Shown here: piece after piece, positions 59,812-64,000 of the stretch
Layout of the letters: every line of letters begins with the position of its first letter
How positions within the stretch are numbered: position 1 is the first letter of the stretch
From: an uncultured Actinomycetota bacterium
Lineage (GTDB): Bacteria > Actinomycetota > Actinomycetes > Actinomycetales > CAWJMD01
Reading direction: 5' to 3'
Assembly (NCBI GenBank): GCA_963715595.1
Contig: OY970255.1
Span: 155,796 to 219,795 of the forward strand
DNA length: 64,000 nucleotides
The notes under the pieces: generated by a model
What the model saw: only the letters and a program-made list of their open reading frames with translations
Told to the model about the DNA's origin: nothing
Database searches by the model: none
Translations under genes and position numbers: made by a program

Positions 59812-59923
59812 GTCCGTCCCCACCGTCGTCCTCGCGGTCCGCGCCGCACCGGTCCTCACGCTACCCGCCGGGCCGCGGCGGCCGTGCCGCGTCCGCGGGT
59901 GTCACCCGGTCCCGGCGCCCGCG

Positions 59924-64000
<4,077 letters not shown>

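Overview
Very GC-rich actinobacterial chromosomal segment. The housekeeping backbone is a desaturase fragment, tRNA-Gln, glmU-prs, an Rrf2 regulator, a TauE permease, rplY-pth, then mfd, lhgO, mazG, then eno. This is the same relative order as the M. tuberculosis Rv1014c-Rv1023 neighbourhood. Two large Wzx/Wzy-type glycan regions interrupt it, at about 6.3-42.4 kb and 49.5-62.9 kb. Together they encode 1 WbaP-like priming transferase, 2 flippases, 2 Wzy/O-antigen-ligase-like polymerases, 2 Wzz-like co-polymerases and 5 GT4 glycosyltransferases. They also encode NINE sulfotransferase paralogs and a dedicated PAPS supply: cysQ-cysD-cysN translationally coupled to a flippase, plus an APS kinase fused to a degenerate ATP-sulfurylase-like domain. 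No sulfite-reduction genes are present, which argues for a heavily sulfated surface glycan or glycoconjugate. Associated genes are 5 clan-GH-A-like secreted hydrolase paralogs with shuffled C-terminal Ig/FN3 or lectin-propeller modules, a CSLREA beta-helix protein, a beta-propeller-like protein, DUF4012, two TauE/SafE permeases and two paralogous mini sortase substrates. Other signals: a colinear 1.4-kb duplication whose core 1.19 kb shows only a handful of substitutions by eye and has sharply diverged flanks; an 864-bp shared C-terminal module; two perfect or near-perfect 15-bp coding tandem arrays; a 10-nt palindrome CCCGATCGGG found three times, only in non-coding DNA next to island genes; and several strong hairpin terminators. 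Caveat: reading frames are broken by 1-2 nt indels at several dozen sites in a patchy distribution, including in essential genes (glmU, rplY, pth). That pattern points to sequence-quality errors rather than real pseudogenes. Many coordinates below therefore join segments from different frames of the supplied ORF track. No CRISPR, rRNA, transposase or integrase was seen.
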